Part shown: positions 29,526 to 37,994 of the stretch, piece by piece | How positions within the stretch are numbered: position 1 is the stretch's first letter | Layout of the letters: each line of letters opens with the position of its first letter | Origin: an uncultured Candidatus Saccharibacteria bacterium | GTDB lineage: Bacteria > Patescibacteriota > Minisyncoccia > Phycocordibacterales > PALSA-1337 | Length of the DNA: 64,000 nt | NCBI GenBank assembly: GCA_964645315.1 | Contig: CAZYBH010000003.1 | Span: forward strand, 5,789-69,788 | Direction: 5' to 3' | Made by a program: the position numbers and the translations under genes | Notes under the pieces: model-generated | Database searches by the model: none | Told to the model about the DNA's origin: nothing | The model's input: only the letters and a program-made list of their open reading frames with translations

Positions 29526-29650
29526 AGCACACCTATTCTGAGAGGCTCCGCAGAAATTTTTAGCAAAAAATTTCGAGGATTAAGCAAAAACTCTGCAGAG
29601 TTTTTGCGGCCTCGAGGAATAGGTGTGCGGAGAGATTTTTGTCTAAAAAA
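29526..29650. terminator. nested inverted repeats between convergent genes (gcacacctattc ... gaataggtgtgc arms; inner perfect palindrome aaactctgcagagttt)
   Basis: Seen directly. T-runs flank the inner hairpin. Lies between the 29473 (+) stop and the murA (-) stop. Confidence 0.4.
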
Positions 29651-29667
29651 TAACTATTCAGAAGGTT

Positions 29668-30993
29668 CTACTTAACTCTATCGATATCTGCCCCGATCGC
29701 TCTCAACCTAGTCTCTAAACTTTCGTATCCACGATCTATAAGATGGATATTTGAAATTGTAAATTTACCTTTTGCAACAAGACAAGCAAGGACGATAGCA
29801 AAACCAGCGCGAATATCATGAGCAGTTAGCTCCACATGTTCAAAATGAGAAAGTGGTGTAGGCCCATTGATCAAGGCCTTATTGCCGTCGATAATATTTA
29901 TGCACGCACCCATTTGCACTAGATCATGAGCGTATTTGAAGCGACCTTCGAATATAGTCTCGACTACCGTACTTTCACCTTCACATTGAGTAAGATAGGT
30001 CACAAGCGGTGACTGAAGGTCTGTTGCAAAACCAGGATATTCTTTTGTGACTACATTGAATGGTCGAAAAGCATTGTTATTTTTATTTGAAATTTTGATC
30101 GAACCCTCCTCACCATCTTTACCGATAATCTCAATATCGGCACCTGATTTTTTCAACAAATCAATCACTAGAGTTAGATGATCAGGGCGACAATCGTCTA
30201 TATAAAGTTCTTCGGCCAGCAACGCTCCGAGAAACAAAAAACTACCCGCCTCAATCCTATCTGGTATTGCACGATAAGCAACGCTTGTATTCAACAACTT
30301 TCCACCATTGCCATTTATGATAATAGTATCCGTACCCAAGCCTTGAATATTGGCTCCATTTTGATTTAACCAATGACCGACATTCTCTATCTCAGGTTCT
30401 TTGGCACAATTTTTCAATATTGTCTTACCATTTCCCAAGACCGATGCCATCATAAGAGTCTCGGTACCGCCGACCATTATCTTGGCAAAAGTTATCTCAG
30501 TCCCTATTAGTCTATCTGCTTCTATATAATATATTTCATTTTCCAATCGAACTTTTGCCCCCATTTTCTTGTAACCATCGATAAAGAGATCGATCGGTCT
30601 TGCACCTATCACACAACCACCTGGTGCTGGGAATGAGACTTTGCCAAATCTCGCCAACATCGGGCCAGTCAGTACCACCGACGCTCTCATCGATCTTGCT
30701 TTGTCTGGATTGATATCGGTTTTGCCTATCGTACTTGTATCTATATATAGAGTCTTAGTCAATGGATTATTATCCTTCCATTCTATCTTTGCTCCCAAAT
30801 CCTGCAAGATTTCGTTTAGCGTATGTACATCTTCGGTATTGGGTATATTATTTAGCTCGACTTTGCCCTGAAATAAAACCGCACCCGCCATTGCTTTCAA
30901 AGCAGCGTTTTTTGCGCCATTTATATATACTCTACCCTTCAAGGTTCTTTGACCTGCCAAGCCTTTAATTACAAACTTTTCTTTTTTATTCAT
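29668..30993 (-). CDS. murA: UDP-N-acetylglucosamine 1-carboxyvinyltransferase
   Basis: EPSP-synthase fold. KNAALKAMAG ... GGCVIGARPIDL ... catalytic Cys region typical of MurA. Confidence 0.9.
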   Translation of the reverse strand: MNKKEKFVIKGLAGQRTLKGRVYINGAKNAALKAMAGAVLFQGKVELNNIPNTEDVHTLNEILQDLGAKIEWKDNNPLTKTLYIDTSTIGKTDINPDKARSMRASVVLTGPMLARFGKVSFPAPGGCVIGARPIDLFIDGYKKMGAKVRLENEIYYIEADRLIGTEITFAKIMVGGTETLMMASVLGNGKTILKNCAKEPEIENVGHWLNQNGANIQGLGTDTIIINGNGGKLLNTSVAYRAIPDRIEAGSFLFLGALLAEELYIDDCRPDHLTLVIDLLKKSGADIEIIGKDGEEGSIKISNKNNNAFRPFNVVTKEYPGFATDLQSPLVTYLTQCEGESTVVETIFEGRFKYAHDLVQMGACINIIDGNKALINGPTPLSHFEHVELTAHDIRAGFAIVLACLVAKGKFTISNIHLIDRGYESLETRLRAIGADIDRVK

Positions 30994-31205
30994 ATATTGA
31001 AATTAGTTATTTCACCCTTTGAAAGCAAATATGTGAGCTCGTTTGACATACTCATTTCATCTGCTATACTATGATTACAAACATTGACTTCGAAATCCGA
31101 AGTCCCCGAGATTACCCCGAAAGGGGTTTTCGTTTTATTTATCATGGCTCTATGATGAATATTCCATTGATCAAAATCCTTTTTCATAAATATTAGTTCC
31201 TGCAT
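30990..31205 (-). CDS. hypothetical protein (71 aa)
   Basis: Shortened from track ORF 30990..31295 because the longer form would read through the terminator hairpin at 31238..31262. Stop overlaps murA start. Confidence 0.3.
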   Translation of the reverse strand: MQELIFMKKDFDQWNIHHRAMINKTKTPFGVISGTSDFEVNVCNHSIADEMSMSNELTYLLSKGEITNFNI

Positions 31206-31237
31206 TCTATCTATTTTCCACCTTTTTAACAATACAA

Positions 31238-31262
31238 AAGGCCCGCGCAGGCGGGCCCGTGA
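31238..31262 (-). terminator. GC-rich hairpin (ggcccgc-gcag-gcgggcc) followed by a T-run on the minus strand
   Basis: Terminator for the 31279..31971 gene. Confidence 0.55.
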
Positions 31263-31278
31263 GAGGCAGAAAACCAAG

Positions 31279-31971
31279 TTAGCTGAGTACCTCAAAGATC
31301 TGATCGGAAGTGGGGTGCAAGAACTTGTGAAAAATCTGCAGGTTCATCGCTCCGCCAACGCCAGAATTCAAGAATCGCTTTTGAGGTTGACTCATCTTCC
31401 TTCGCTCCTCCACCATACCATCGTGGAAGGAGACGAAAAATTGACCCCTAAGCAACTTCTTCGCCTCAGCAATAGATTTGCCGATAGCATCATCCTCGAC
31501 ATTTTTCAGATCCGGATTCGCGTTGCGAGAGCAGGCCCGAGCAAAAGTTGCGCCAAGCTTTGCACTATCAAAATTCGAAATCCTGAAGTGTTGAAATCCT
31601 GCAACACCACTACACATACCGACAGCAAGCCCTGTGAGGAATACTCCCTGATCGAGACTGCACTCGTCCTCGGTTGATTCAAAAAGTTCACAGAGTAGTC
31701 TAGGAAAGGCAACGAACGCACAACCGAGAAGAAAACCGATCTCGTATTGAGCATCCCGACCCTGGATCGCACGAAGTCTTCCGATCTCCATAAAATAGAT
31801 CCGACGATCGATAGTGGAGTCAAACAAGAAATCTTGAATCCAGATCATCAGTGTCTCGAAAGCAATCCCATGATTCCTATCGTACCGATGACTGGCCAGA
31901 CATCCCTGGAAGACCTGGCAGATCCAAGCAAGGCAGGGCACTTCGTAACTGTTCAAATGACGTCTTTCCAT
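31279..31971 (-). CDS. hypothetical protein (230 aa, ~50% GC, probably horizontally acquired)
   Basis: Long ORF in a clearly GC-elevated block. No recognisable motif. Confidence 0.45.
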   Translation of the reverse strand: MERRHLNSYEVPCLAWICQVFQGCLASHRYDRNHGIAFETLMIWIQDFLFDSTIDRRIYFMEIGRLRAIQGRDAQYEIGFLLGCAFVAFPRLLCELFESTEDECSLDQGVFLTGLAVGMCSGVAGFQHFRISNFDSAKLGATFARACSRNANPDLKNVEDDAIGKSIAEAKKLLRGQFFVSFHDGMVEERRKMSQPQKRFLNSGVGGAMNLQIFHKFLHPTSDQIFEVLS

Positions 31972-32178
31972 ACCACCTTTCTGTCCTCTCGGACAACCCT
32001 CTCGGGTATGACCTCTCGGTCAAGGTTTTTGGGGCGATCAGAGTGACCGCTTGTCCAAAATGATAATATAGCCCAATTGACACCTTGTCAAATTGATTAA
32101 TCAATGATTTTTATATTTACATAAGGGCAAATCGAGATAAGATACTTATATCCGGATGTTGCACATCCCGATAACAAA

Positions 32179-34122
32179 ATGTTCATCATCACCGTCTTAC
32201 CTATTTCAAAATCAAAACTTGGCGAGGAACTAGTCTACTTCGCTACAACTGAAGTCAAAGTCGGAGCAATACTATCCGTACCGCTCAGGAAAAAGATGAT
32301 TCCGGCACTGGTGACAAAAGTCGATCTTGCCGAAGACAAAAAATCCCAAATCCGCAATGCCCCATTTGAAATACGCAAAATTGACAAGATCAAGGCCTTG
32401 GACTTTTTCCCAGAATATTTTATACATGGAGCAAAAACGATTTCTGATCTTTATGCCTGCTCGAGCGGTGCGATCATCGATGCACTCGTACCAAAATCGA
32501 TTATCGAAAATTCTGCCAAAATTGCAAAACCTCTTGCTTCAGAAAATTCCAATCAAAGCAAAACTAAAGCTAGGATCTTGGCAGTGCAAGGTGATGATAG
32601 CGATAGGATAAGCGCCTGGAGAAGTCTTGTTAGACAAGAATTTGCAAATAAAAGATCGATCGTTTTTTATTTGCCGACCATAGAAGAATCAAATCAGCTT
32701 TTTGAGGCTTTGAAAAAAGGTATCGAGGAATATATCTTCGTCCTCAATAGTGATATCCCCCCAAAAAAGCTCATAACTTGCTGGAACAAAATATCAGAAA
32801 TAGAACACTCTATAGTCATCATTGCGACCGGCTCATTTGCTACATTACCAAGAAAAGATATAAAGACTGTGATAATAGAAAGAGAAAATGCTCGAGGCTG
32901 GATTATGCAAAAGCGTCCATATATCGATCTACGACAGTCGATTATCGAACTTGCTACATTAAATAGTCAGACTATTTATCTTGCTGATACAATCTTGAGA
33001 ATAGAAACATTACACAATCTAGAAAATGAAAAGTTCGAATATGGCTCTCCATTCAAATGGCGATCGGTCTCATCGGCAAGCGACCTAGTCATTGATATGA
33101 AAACCGACAAAAAATCTGATGCAACGGTAGAGGAAAAAGACCAGACTCCGATTATCCAAAGAAAAAGCAAGTTCAAAGTTTTGTCTGATAAACTAGTAGA
33201 GCTAATAAAACAAAATATAGAGGAGAACACTCACATGTTCATATTTGCTTTACGCAAAGGACTTTCGCCTCTGACCGCTTGCGACGACTGTGGGACTATC
33301 GTGATGTGCGACAACTGTCAGAGCCCTGTCGTCCTTCATCAAAATCCAGAATCGGGTCGAAACTATTTTATGTGTCATCGTTGTGGCGAAAGAAGCAATG
33401 CTGATACCAATTGCAAAAAATGTGACAGCTGGAGGCTCACCCCTCTTGGTATCGGTATCGATAGAGTCCAAGAAGAGATCAAAAACTTATTTGATAAGAT
33501 AGACATATTCAAAATCGATTCTGAATCGACAAAAACCAATAAGGAAATTAAAGAAAAAATTCAAGCTTTCAAAGACAAACCGGGAAGCATATTGCTTGGC
33601 ACCGAGCTCGCCATGCAAAATTTCAATGACAAAGTCGATCATGTCGCTATAGTTTCTCTCGATTCTCTATTTAGCTTGCCTGATTTCCGAATTTTGGAAA
33701 AAATCAATTACAATCTTGTCCGCTTGCGTTATCAAGCGATAAGGACGATCTTGATCCAGACCAGAAGAGCTGATCAAAAGATTTTTGATCTTGGTCCAAA
33801 GGGCAATATCTCTGATTTCTATCGAATGACGATCGACGAAAGGCGTATACTCGATTATCCGCCATTTTCTATTTTGATCAAAATAACAATCGAGGGCAAA
33901 AAAGATCAAATTGCAAATACCATGGCTGATATCGCAAAATTCCTCGAACCACACAATGTCGACATTTTCCCCGCTTTCACCTCTACGGTCCGTGGCAAAT
34001 CAGTCATCCATGGCCTTATCAAGATCGCAAGTCATGCTTGGCCTGATCATGATCTCATATCGAAACTCCGCACTTTACCACCAGAGGTTACGATCAAAAT
34101 TAATCCTGAAAGTTTGTTGTAG
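32179..34122 (+). CDS. primosomal protein N' (PriA)-like, with degenerate Walker A/B motifs
   Basis: Cys-rich zinc-binding region CDDCGTIVMCDNCQSPVV...CHRCGE...CKKCDS matches the PriA architecture. The expected Walker A position reads QGDDSDRI instead of GxTGSGKT. Confidence 0.6.
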   Translation: MFIITVLPISKSKLGEELVYFATTEVKVGAILSVPLRKKMIPALVTKVDLAEDKKSQIRNAPFEIRKIDKIKALDFFPEYFIHGAKTISDLYACSSGAIIDALVPKSIIENSAKIAKPLASENSNQSKTKARILAVQGDDSDRISAWRSLVRQEFANKRSIVFYLPTIEESNQLFEALKKGIEEYIFVLNSDIPPKKLITCWNKISEIEHSIVIIATGSFATLPRKDIKTVIIERENARGWIMQKRPYIDLRQSIIELATLNSQTIYLADTILRIETLHNLENEKFEYGSPFKWRSVSSASDLVIDMKTDKKSDATVEEKDQTPIIQRKSKFKVLSDKLVELIKQNIEENTHMFIFALRKGLSPLTACDDCGTIVMCDNCQSPVVLHQNPESGRNYFMCHRCGERSNADTNCKKCDSWRLTPLGIGIDRVQEEIKNLFDKIDIFKIDSESTKTNKEIKEKIQAFKDKPGSILLGTELAMQNFNDKVDHVAIVSLDSLFSLPDFRILEKINYNLVRLRYQAIRTILIQTRRADQKIFDLGPKGNISDFYRMTIDERRILDYPPFSILIKITIEGKKDQIANTMADIAKFLEPHNVDIFPAFTSTVRGKSVIHGLIKIASHAWPDHDLISKLRTLPPEVTIKINPESLL

Positions 34123-34165
34123 TTTCATTGCATAAGTCTGACATATGTTGATTACAATTTCTGCA

Positions 34166-35236
34166 CTATTCTAAAACCATTTTTAGATCTTGTTCGGTTT
34201 GATTTCTTCTTTCTAATTCATCAGGCTTTTCCTGTTTTGCCCAATCATAATTCTCAAAATAGCTAGACAGTCTGGTATGAGACCTTATTATGGACAATTT
34301 AATTATAATTTCTCCCAATTCCTCTTTTCCAATTTTCTTGTAATTATTTAGTAGAGCCTTATCCAATTCAAAACGAAAACTTTTATTTTTCCACGATCTG
34401 GCTCGCAAATTACCAAAATCAAAAATCATAGCTATAGCACGATTTGGTACTATGCCCACCCATTCCAAATCCAAGAATTCGACATCACCAGAATCGAAAA
34501 TATAAAGATTATTTGGAGCCATATCACCATGTATAAGTGTCACGATATTATTTTCTTCGGTCTCAATATAAGATCTGAAACTATCTATGATTTTAATTAA
34601 CTTTGATTTGATGTTTGTTATACCAAGCCTTTTTTCTAAAACTTTATGAAAATATTCAGATTCAGGATATCCTAGCGGTTTAACTTTTTTATTCAAAAAT
34701 TTAATGATCTCTGTCTTAAAAGATTTAAAATCGCCTTTATTCACTTTTAATTTACTATTCAAGGGTTCAGGTAAGAACGCGACATTAATTTGATGGAAAT
34801 GAAATAGTTGATCAATTGTTTTTTGGGCTTCAACGGCTGTCAAAAATTCAACACCATTATTATTTTCAATAAAACCAATTTTGTCTTTATTGAAAGGAAA
34901 TGTTTCCATAATTGCATACGGGGTGCCTTGTCTCGGGATTACATTGAAATTTATAACACCGCGCGTATTGATTATGTTATTTGATTTCAAATACAAAGCC
35001 ATCTCTATCTGTCGCTCAAAAGGAAGTAAAAGCTTTTTTGTATTATTTTCTGGTATTTTGATAAATCTTTCTACAACACGATCTCCTTCTTTTCTATTTG
35101 CTACCATAAAAAAATACCTCCTACCATTATTTATTCTAGCGTTAATAATTTCTCTTTCTTTATCGCCCACAATAAATCCTTGCTCACTTAGAACTTTCAT
35201 CACCTTCTTTTCATACCTCTGAATTTTATTATTCAT
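34166..35236 (-). CDS. protein-kinase-like phosphotransferase (APH / choline-ethanolamine kinase fold)
   Basis: HGDMAPNNL (catalytic HxD..N) and DLEW (DFG-like) motifs. Confidence 0.65.
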   Translation of the reverse strand: MNNKIQRYEKKVMKVLSEQGFIVGDKEREIINARINNGRRYFFMVANRKEGDRVVERFIKIPENNTKKLLLPFERQIEMALYLKSNNIINTRGVINFNVIPRQGTPYAIMETFPFNKDKIGFIENNNGVEFLTAVEAQKTIDQLFHFHQINVAFLPEPLNSKLKVNKGDFKSFKTEIIKFLNKKVKPLGYPESEYFHKVLEKRLGITNIKSKLIKIIDSFRSYIETEENNIVTLIHGDMAPNNLYIFDSGDVEFLDLEWVGIVPNRAIAMIFDFGNLRARSWKNKSFRFELDKALLNNYKKIGKEELGEIIIKLSIIRSHTRLSSYFENYDWAKQEKPDELERRNQTEQDLKMVLE

Positions 35237-35304
35237 ATTAATGATAATTATTATGCATACATTTTAGCACCTCTACTTGCATATGTCTGACATCTACTCT
35301 CTTT

Positions 35305-35325
35305 TTGCGAGGTTAAACCTCACAA
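35305..35325. promoter_or_regulatory. palindromic motif copy 3 (TTGCGAGGTT-A-AACCTCACAA) overlapping the -35 region upstream of def
   Basis: Lies 38-58 bp upstream of a TATAGT -10-like hexamer (35363..35368). That hexamer sits 6 nt before the def ATG. Confidence 0.5.
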
Positions 35326-35374
35326 AGCAACACATAACCTGTTCAAAACAATCCTTCTCTGTTATAGTTTGTAA

Positions 35375-35908
35375 ATGATAGACATAGTCCAGAGAGACAC
35401 CCCTATTTTGAGAGACAAAGCACAGGATGTGCCTATTTCTGATATTGGTAGCGATAAGATAAACAAAATAATAAGCGATATGATAATCGCAATGGATAGT
35501 CAGAAAGACGGTATTGCTATCGCTGCCCCACAGATCGGCATTCCCTACAGGATCTTCGTGGTCAAAAGCAAACTTCTCAAACAAGCCGACAAAAATTTCA
35601 AAGGTGGAGACGAAGACATGGTTTTCATCAATCCCAAAATTCTAAAACTTTCAAAAGAAAAAAAGGAAGTGGAAGAAGGATGCTTATCAGTCCGCTGGTT
35701 ATATGGCAAAGTCCGCCGTTCGGTAAGAGCGACTATCGAAGCCTACAATGAAAAGGGTGAGAAAGTGGAGCGAGGTGCAAGTGGTGTCTTGGCCCAGATT
35801 TTCCAACATGAAACTGATCATCTAAATGGAGTACTCTTCATCGACAAAGCAAAAGAAGTTTGGGAAATGACCGAGGATGAGATTAATGAAATAAATTCCA
35901 AATCATAA
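35375..35908 (+). CDS. def: peptide deformylase
   Basis: GIAIAAPQIG, EGCLS, QHETDHLNG (HExxH) motifs. Confidence 0.9.
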   Translation: MIDIVQRDTPILRDKAQDVPISDIGSDKINKIISDMIIAMDSQKDGIAIAAPQIGIPYRIFVVKSKLLKQADKNFKGGDEDMVFINPKILKLSKEKKEVEEGCLSVRWLYGKVRRSVRATIEAYNEKGEKVERGASGVLAQIFQHETDHLNGVLFIDKAKEVWEMTEDEINEINSKS

Positions 35909-36781
35909 ATGGATAGTGCAAAGACAAAATTTGCATATTTTGGTTCATCAAGATTGTCTGTGATCGTCCTTGACGAGCTCAATAGCTTGGGTTATGTACC
36001 AAGCGTGATCGTAACTACAATAGACAAACCGGTCGGTCGAAAGCAAATACTGACTCCAAATGAAGTAAAGGTCTGGGGCAAAAAACACAATATTCCAGTC
36101 CTCGATCCAGCAAAATTGAATGATGAATTCATAAATAATTTCAAAGAATTGTGCCAAAAAGATCAGATCGAAGTATATCTAGTAGCTTCATATAGCAAAA
36201 TTATTCCAAAGGCGCTCGTAAATTTGCCACAAAAAGGCATACTCAATATACACCCTTCTCTATTGCCCAAATATCGTGGCCCATCACCGCTCGGCTCCGC
36301 AATCCTGAATGATGATAAGGAGACTGGAGTCTGTCTTATGAAGATAGACGAGGAAATGGATCATGGCCCAATCGTCTCATGCGAAAAAGTCCATATTAGC
36401 GAGTGGTCAGTATATGAAGATTATGAAGAAATGATGGCAAAAATCGGCGCAAATTTATTTGCACAAAATATTGAAAAATATATGCGGAGCGAGATAAATC
36501 TTGTCGAACAAAATCATAGCGAAGCGAGTTATACCAAAAAATTCACAAAAAATGATGGCAAAATAGATCTCAATTCTTTACCAAGACAAAACTGGTTAAA
36601 ATATTGCGCTTTTCACCAATGGCCTCAAATTTATTTTATTTGGAAAAACAAAGATCGAGAGATAAGAGTCAAAATTACTGACGCTATTTATTCTGAAGAC
36701 AAATTTGTCATCAAAAAAGTCATACCCGAAGGGTCAAGTGAGATGGATTATGAAGATTTCCTAAGAGGATATAGGGACTAA
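35909..36781 (+). CDS. fmt: methionyl-tRNA formyltransferase
   Basis: Formyl-transferase motif NIHPSLLPKYRG. Immediately follows def (def-fmt operon). Confidence 0.9.
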   Translation: MDSAKTKFAYFGSSRLSVIVLDELNSLGYVPSVIVTTIDKPVGRKQILTPNEVKVWGKKHNIPVLDPAKLNDEFINNFKELCQKDQIEVYLVASYSKIIPKALVNLPQKGILNIHPSLLPKYRGPSPLGSAILNDDKETGVCLMKIDEEMDHGPIVSCEKVHISEWSVYEDYEEMMAKIGANLFAQNIEKYMRSEINLVEQNHSEASYTKKFTKNDGKIDLNSLPRQNWLKYCAFHQWPQIYFIWKNKDREIRVKITDAIYSEDKFVIKKVIPEGSSEMDYEDFLRGYRD

Positions 36782-36958
36782 GAAGTGGAATAAGCTGCAA
36801 TACTACTGCTATTGTTCCAATCATTGCCGATGTCATAAGCATGTGATCCTAGATAGTACAATACGATCCAAAAGCACCAGACTCCCAAGAACGCTATGCA
36901 AAGCCACTGGTTTACCGGTTGCTTCATCTCCGCCAAACTAAAAAACTTATTGTGCATT

Positions 36959-37330
36959 TTATTTATTCCAAGGCCAAAGACCTTTTATTATATTTTTAAC
37001 TTTTGCTCCACCGCGTCGGATCAGCGTCAACCTTTTGCTCTTATCTGAAGTCAACTCTGAGACAATCTGATCACGGACAAGATCTATAGCGGTATATAGA
37101 TCATCTTGCTCTGAAGAAGCGTAGAGATTTTTGCCGGCGCCGACGATATGGATCTCCGCTCGAAATATATCGCCCTTGTTGTGATGTCCAGTAGTCTTGG
37201 CTAGCTCTATATCGCAAATTGCACTGCTATCTGTCTCAAGCAATGTCTCAATCTTGGCAAGGCGCTTATTTGTATAATCGGAAATAGCTGGCGTAAGCTC
37301 TATTGATGTTGTCTTGATATTTATATTCAT
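36959..37330 (-). CDS. hpf: ribosome hibernation promoting factor / RaiA family
   Basis: N-terminus MNINIKTTSIELTPAISDYTNKRLAKIE, typical of the sigma-54 modulation protein/HPF family. Confidence 0.8.
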   Translation of the reverse strand: MNINIKTTSIELTPAISDYTNKRLAKIETLLETDSSAICDIELAKTTGHHNKGDIFRAEIHIVGAGKNLYASSEQDDLYTAIDLVRDQIVSELTSDKSKRLTLIRRGGAKVKNIIKGLWPWNK

Positions 37331-37391
37331 AGGCTATTTGTTATTACTACATTTCAATTTTAACAATTTATTGTTGAAAGTCCAAGAAATA

Positions 37392-37619
37392 TTAGTCGAT
37401 CGCAATAAGTTTGGATGGTGAATGATGCCCGTTTATTATTCTTATTTGCTTATTTGGAAATAGGTTCTCCATTATTTCCAAAATCCTTCTATTTGCCATA
37501 TTTCGAACTGCTTTCTCTTTTATTGAAATTTCATAATGATCAACAGAAATCTGTTTGACTTCTTCCCTCTTTGCTTCAGTTTTGACTTTGAGATGGAGGT
37601 ACATAATCTTTGATTTCAT
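37392..37619 (-). CDS. DUF167 (YggU-like) family small protein
   Basis: 75 aa. LHLKVKTEAKREEV...ISIKEKAVRNMAN resembles the DUF167 pattern. Confidence 0.5.
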   Translation of the reverse strand: MKSKIMYLHLKVKTEAKREEVKQISVDHYEISIKEKAVRNMANRRILEIMENLFPNKQIRIINGHHSPSKLIAID

Positions 37620-37668
37620 TAAATAAATATGTTACATTTTCTCATGTTAGTTCATTAAAAGAAAATAT

Positions 37669-37994
37669 TCCGGAGTAGCTCAGCGGTAGAGCAGTCGCCT
37701 GTGGAGTTCGCAGCTTCCACAAGAAATTGTGGATGACAAACGAGGTGAATTCGGGGAAACCCCAAATGTAAATAAGGGCAATCCCGAGCCAATCCCATCT
37801 TTGTGATGGGCAGGTGTAGAGACTATCCTTTCCAGGAGTAGTGCGAAGTGAAATATCTTCAAACGAAGCGCCTCGTCCCTAAATTATCAAGTTGGAAACT
37901 CGATAACATGGGAATGATATAGTCCGTCCCTATTAGTAATAGTAGGATAAGCGTAAGCGATTGGTCACAGGTTCGAATCCTGTCTCCGGAGCCC
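37669..37994 (+). tRNA. tRNA-Asn (GUU) interrupted by a group I intron; exons 37669..37702 and 37954..37994
   Basis: Exons splice to UCCGGAGUAGCUCAGCGGUAGAGCAGUCGCCUGU|UAAGCGAUUGGUCACAGGUUCGAAUCCUGUCUCCGGAGCC. U1-A72, G73 and anticodon loop CUGUUAA match bacterial tRNA-Asn (compare B. subtilis tRNA-Asn). Anticodon stem is GUCGC/GCGAU. Confidence 0.8.
37703..37953 (+). ncRNA. group I intron (~251 nt) in the tRNA-Asn anticodon loop, between anticodon positions 35 and 36
   Basis: Conserved core elements: P-like AAUUCGGGGAAA, Q-like AAUCCCGAGCC, R-like GGUGUAGAGACUAUCC, S-like AUGAUAUAGUCC (P7 GACUA/UAGUC). P9 hairpin with GUAA tetraloop. The 5' exon ends in U, which pairs with G37710 in a short P1. 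The intron ends in G (37953). Confidence 0.7.

Noticed and set aside
36790-36958. Possible 50-aa minus-strand membrane micro-ORF (ATG near 36922) between fmt and hpf
   Set aside because: No RBS or promoter context, and the translation has low hydrophobic complexity. Noted only as a possibility.
37669-37994. Alternative exon assignment giving tRNA-Thr(CGU), with the intron at 37701..37951
   Set aside because: It would pair the splice-site U with A instead of G. The acceptor/discriminator (U1-A72, G73) and the reconstructed loop CUGUUAA match tRNA-Asn, not Thr.
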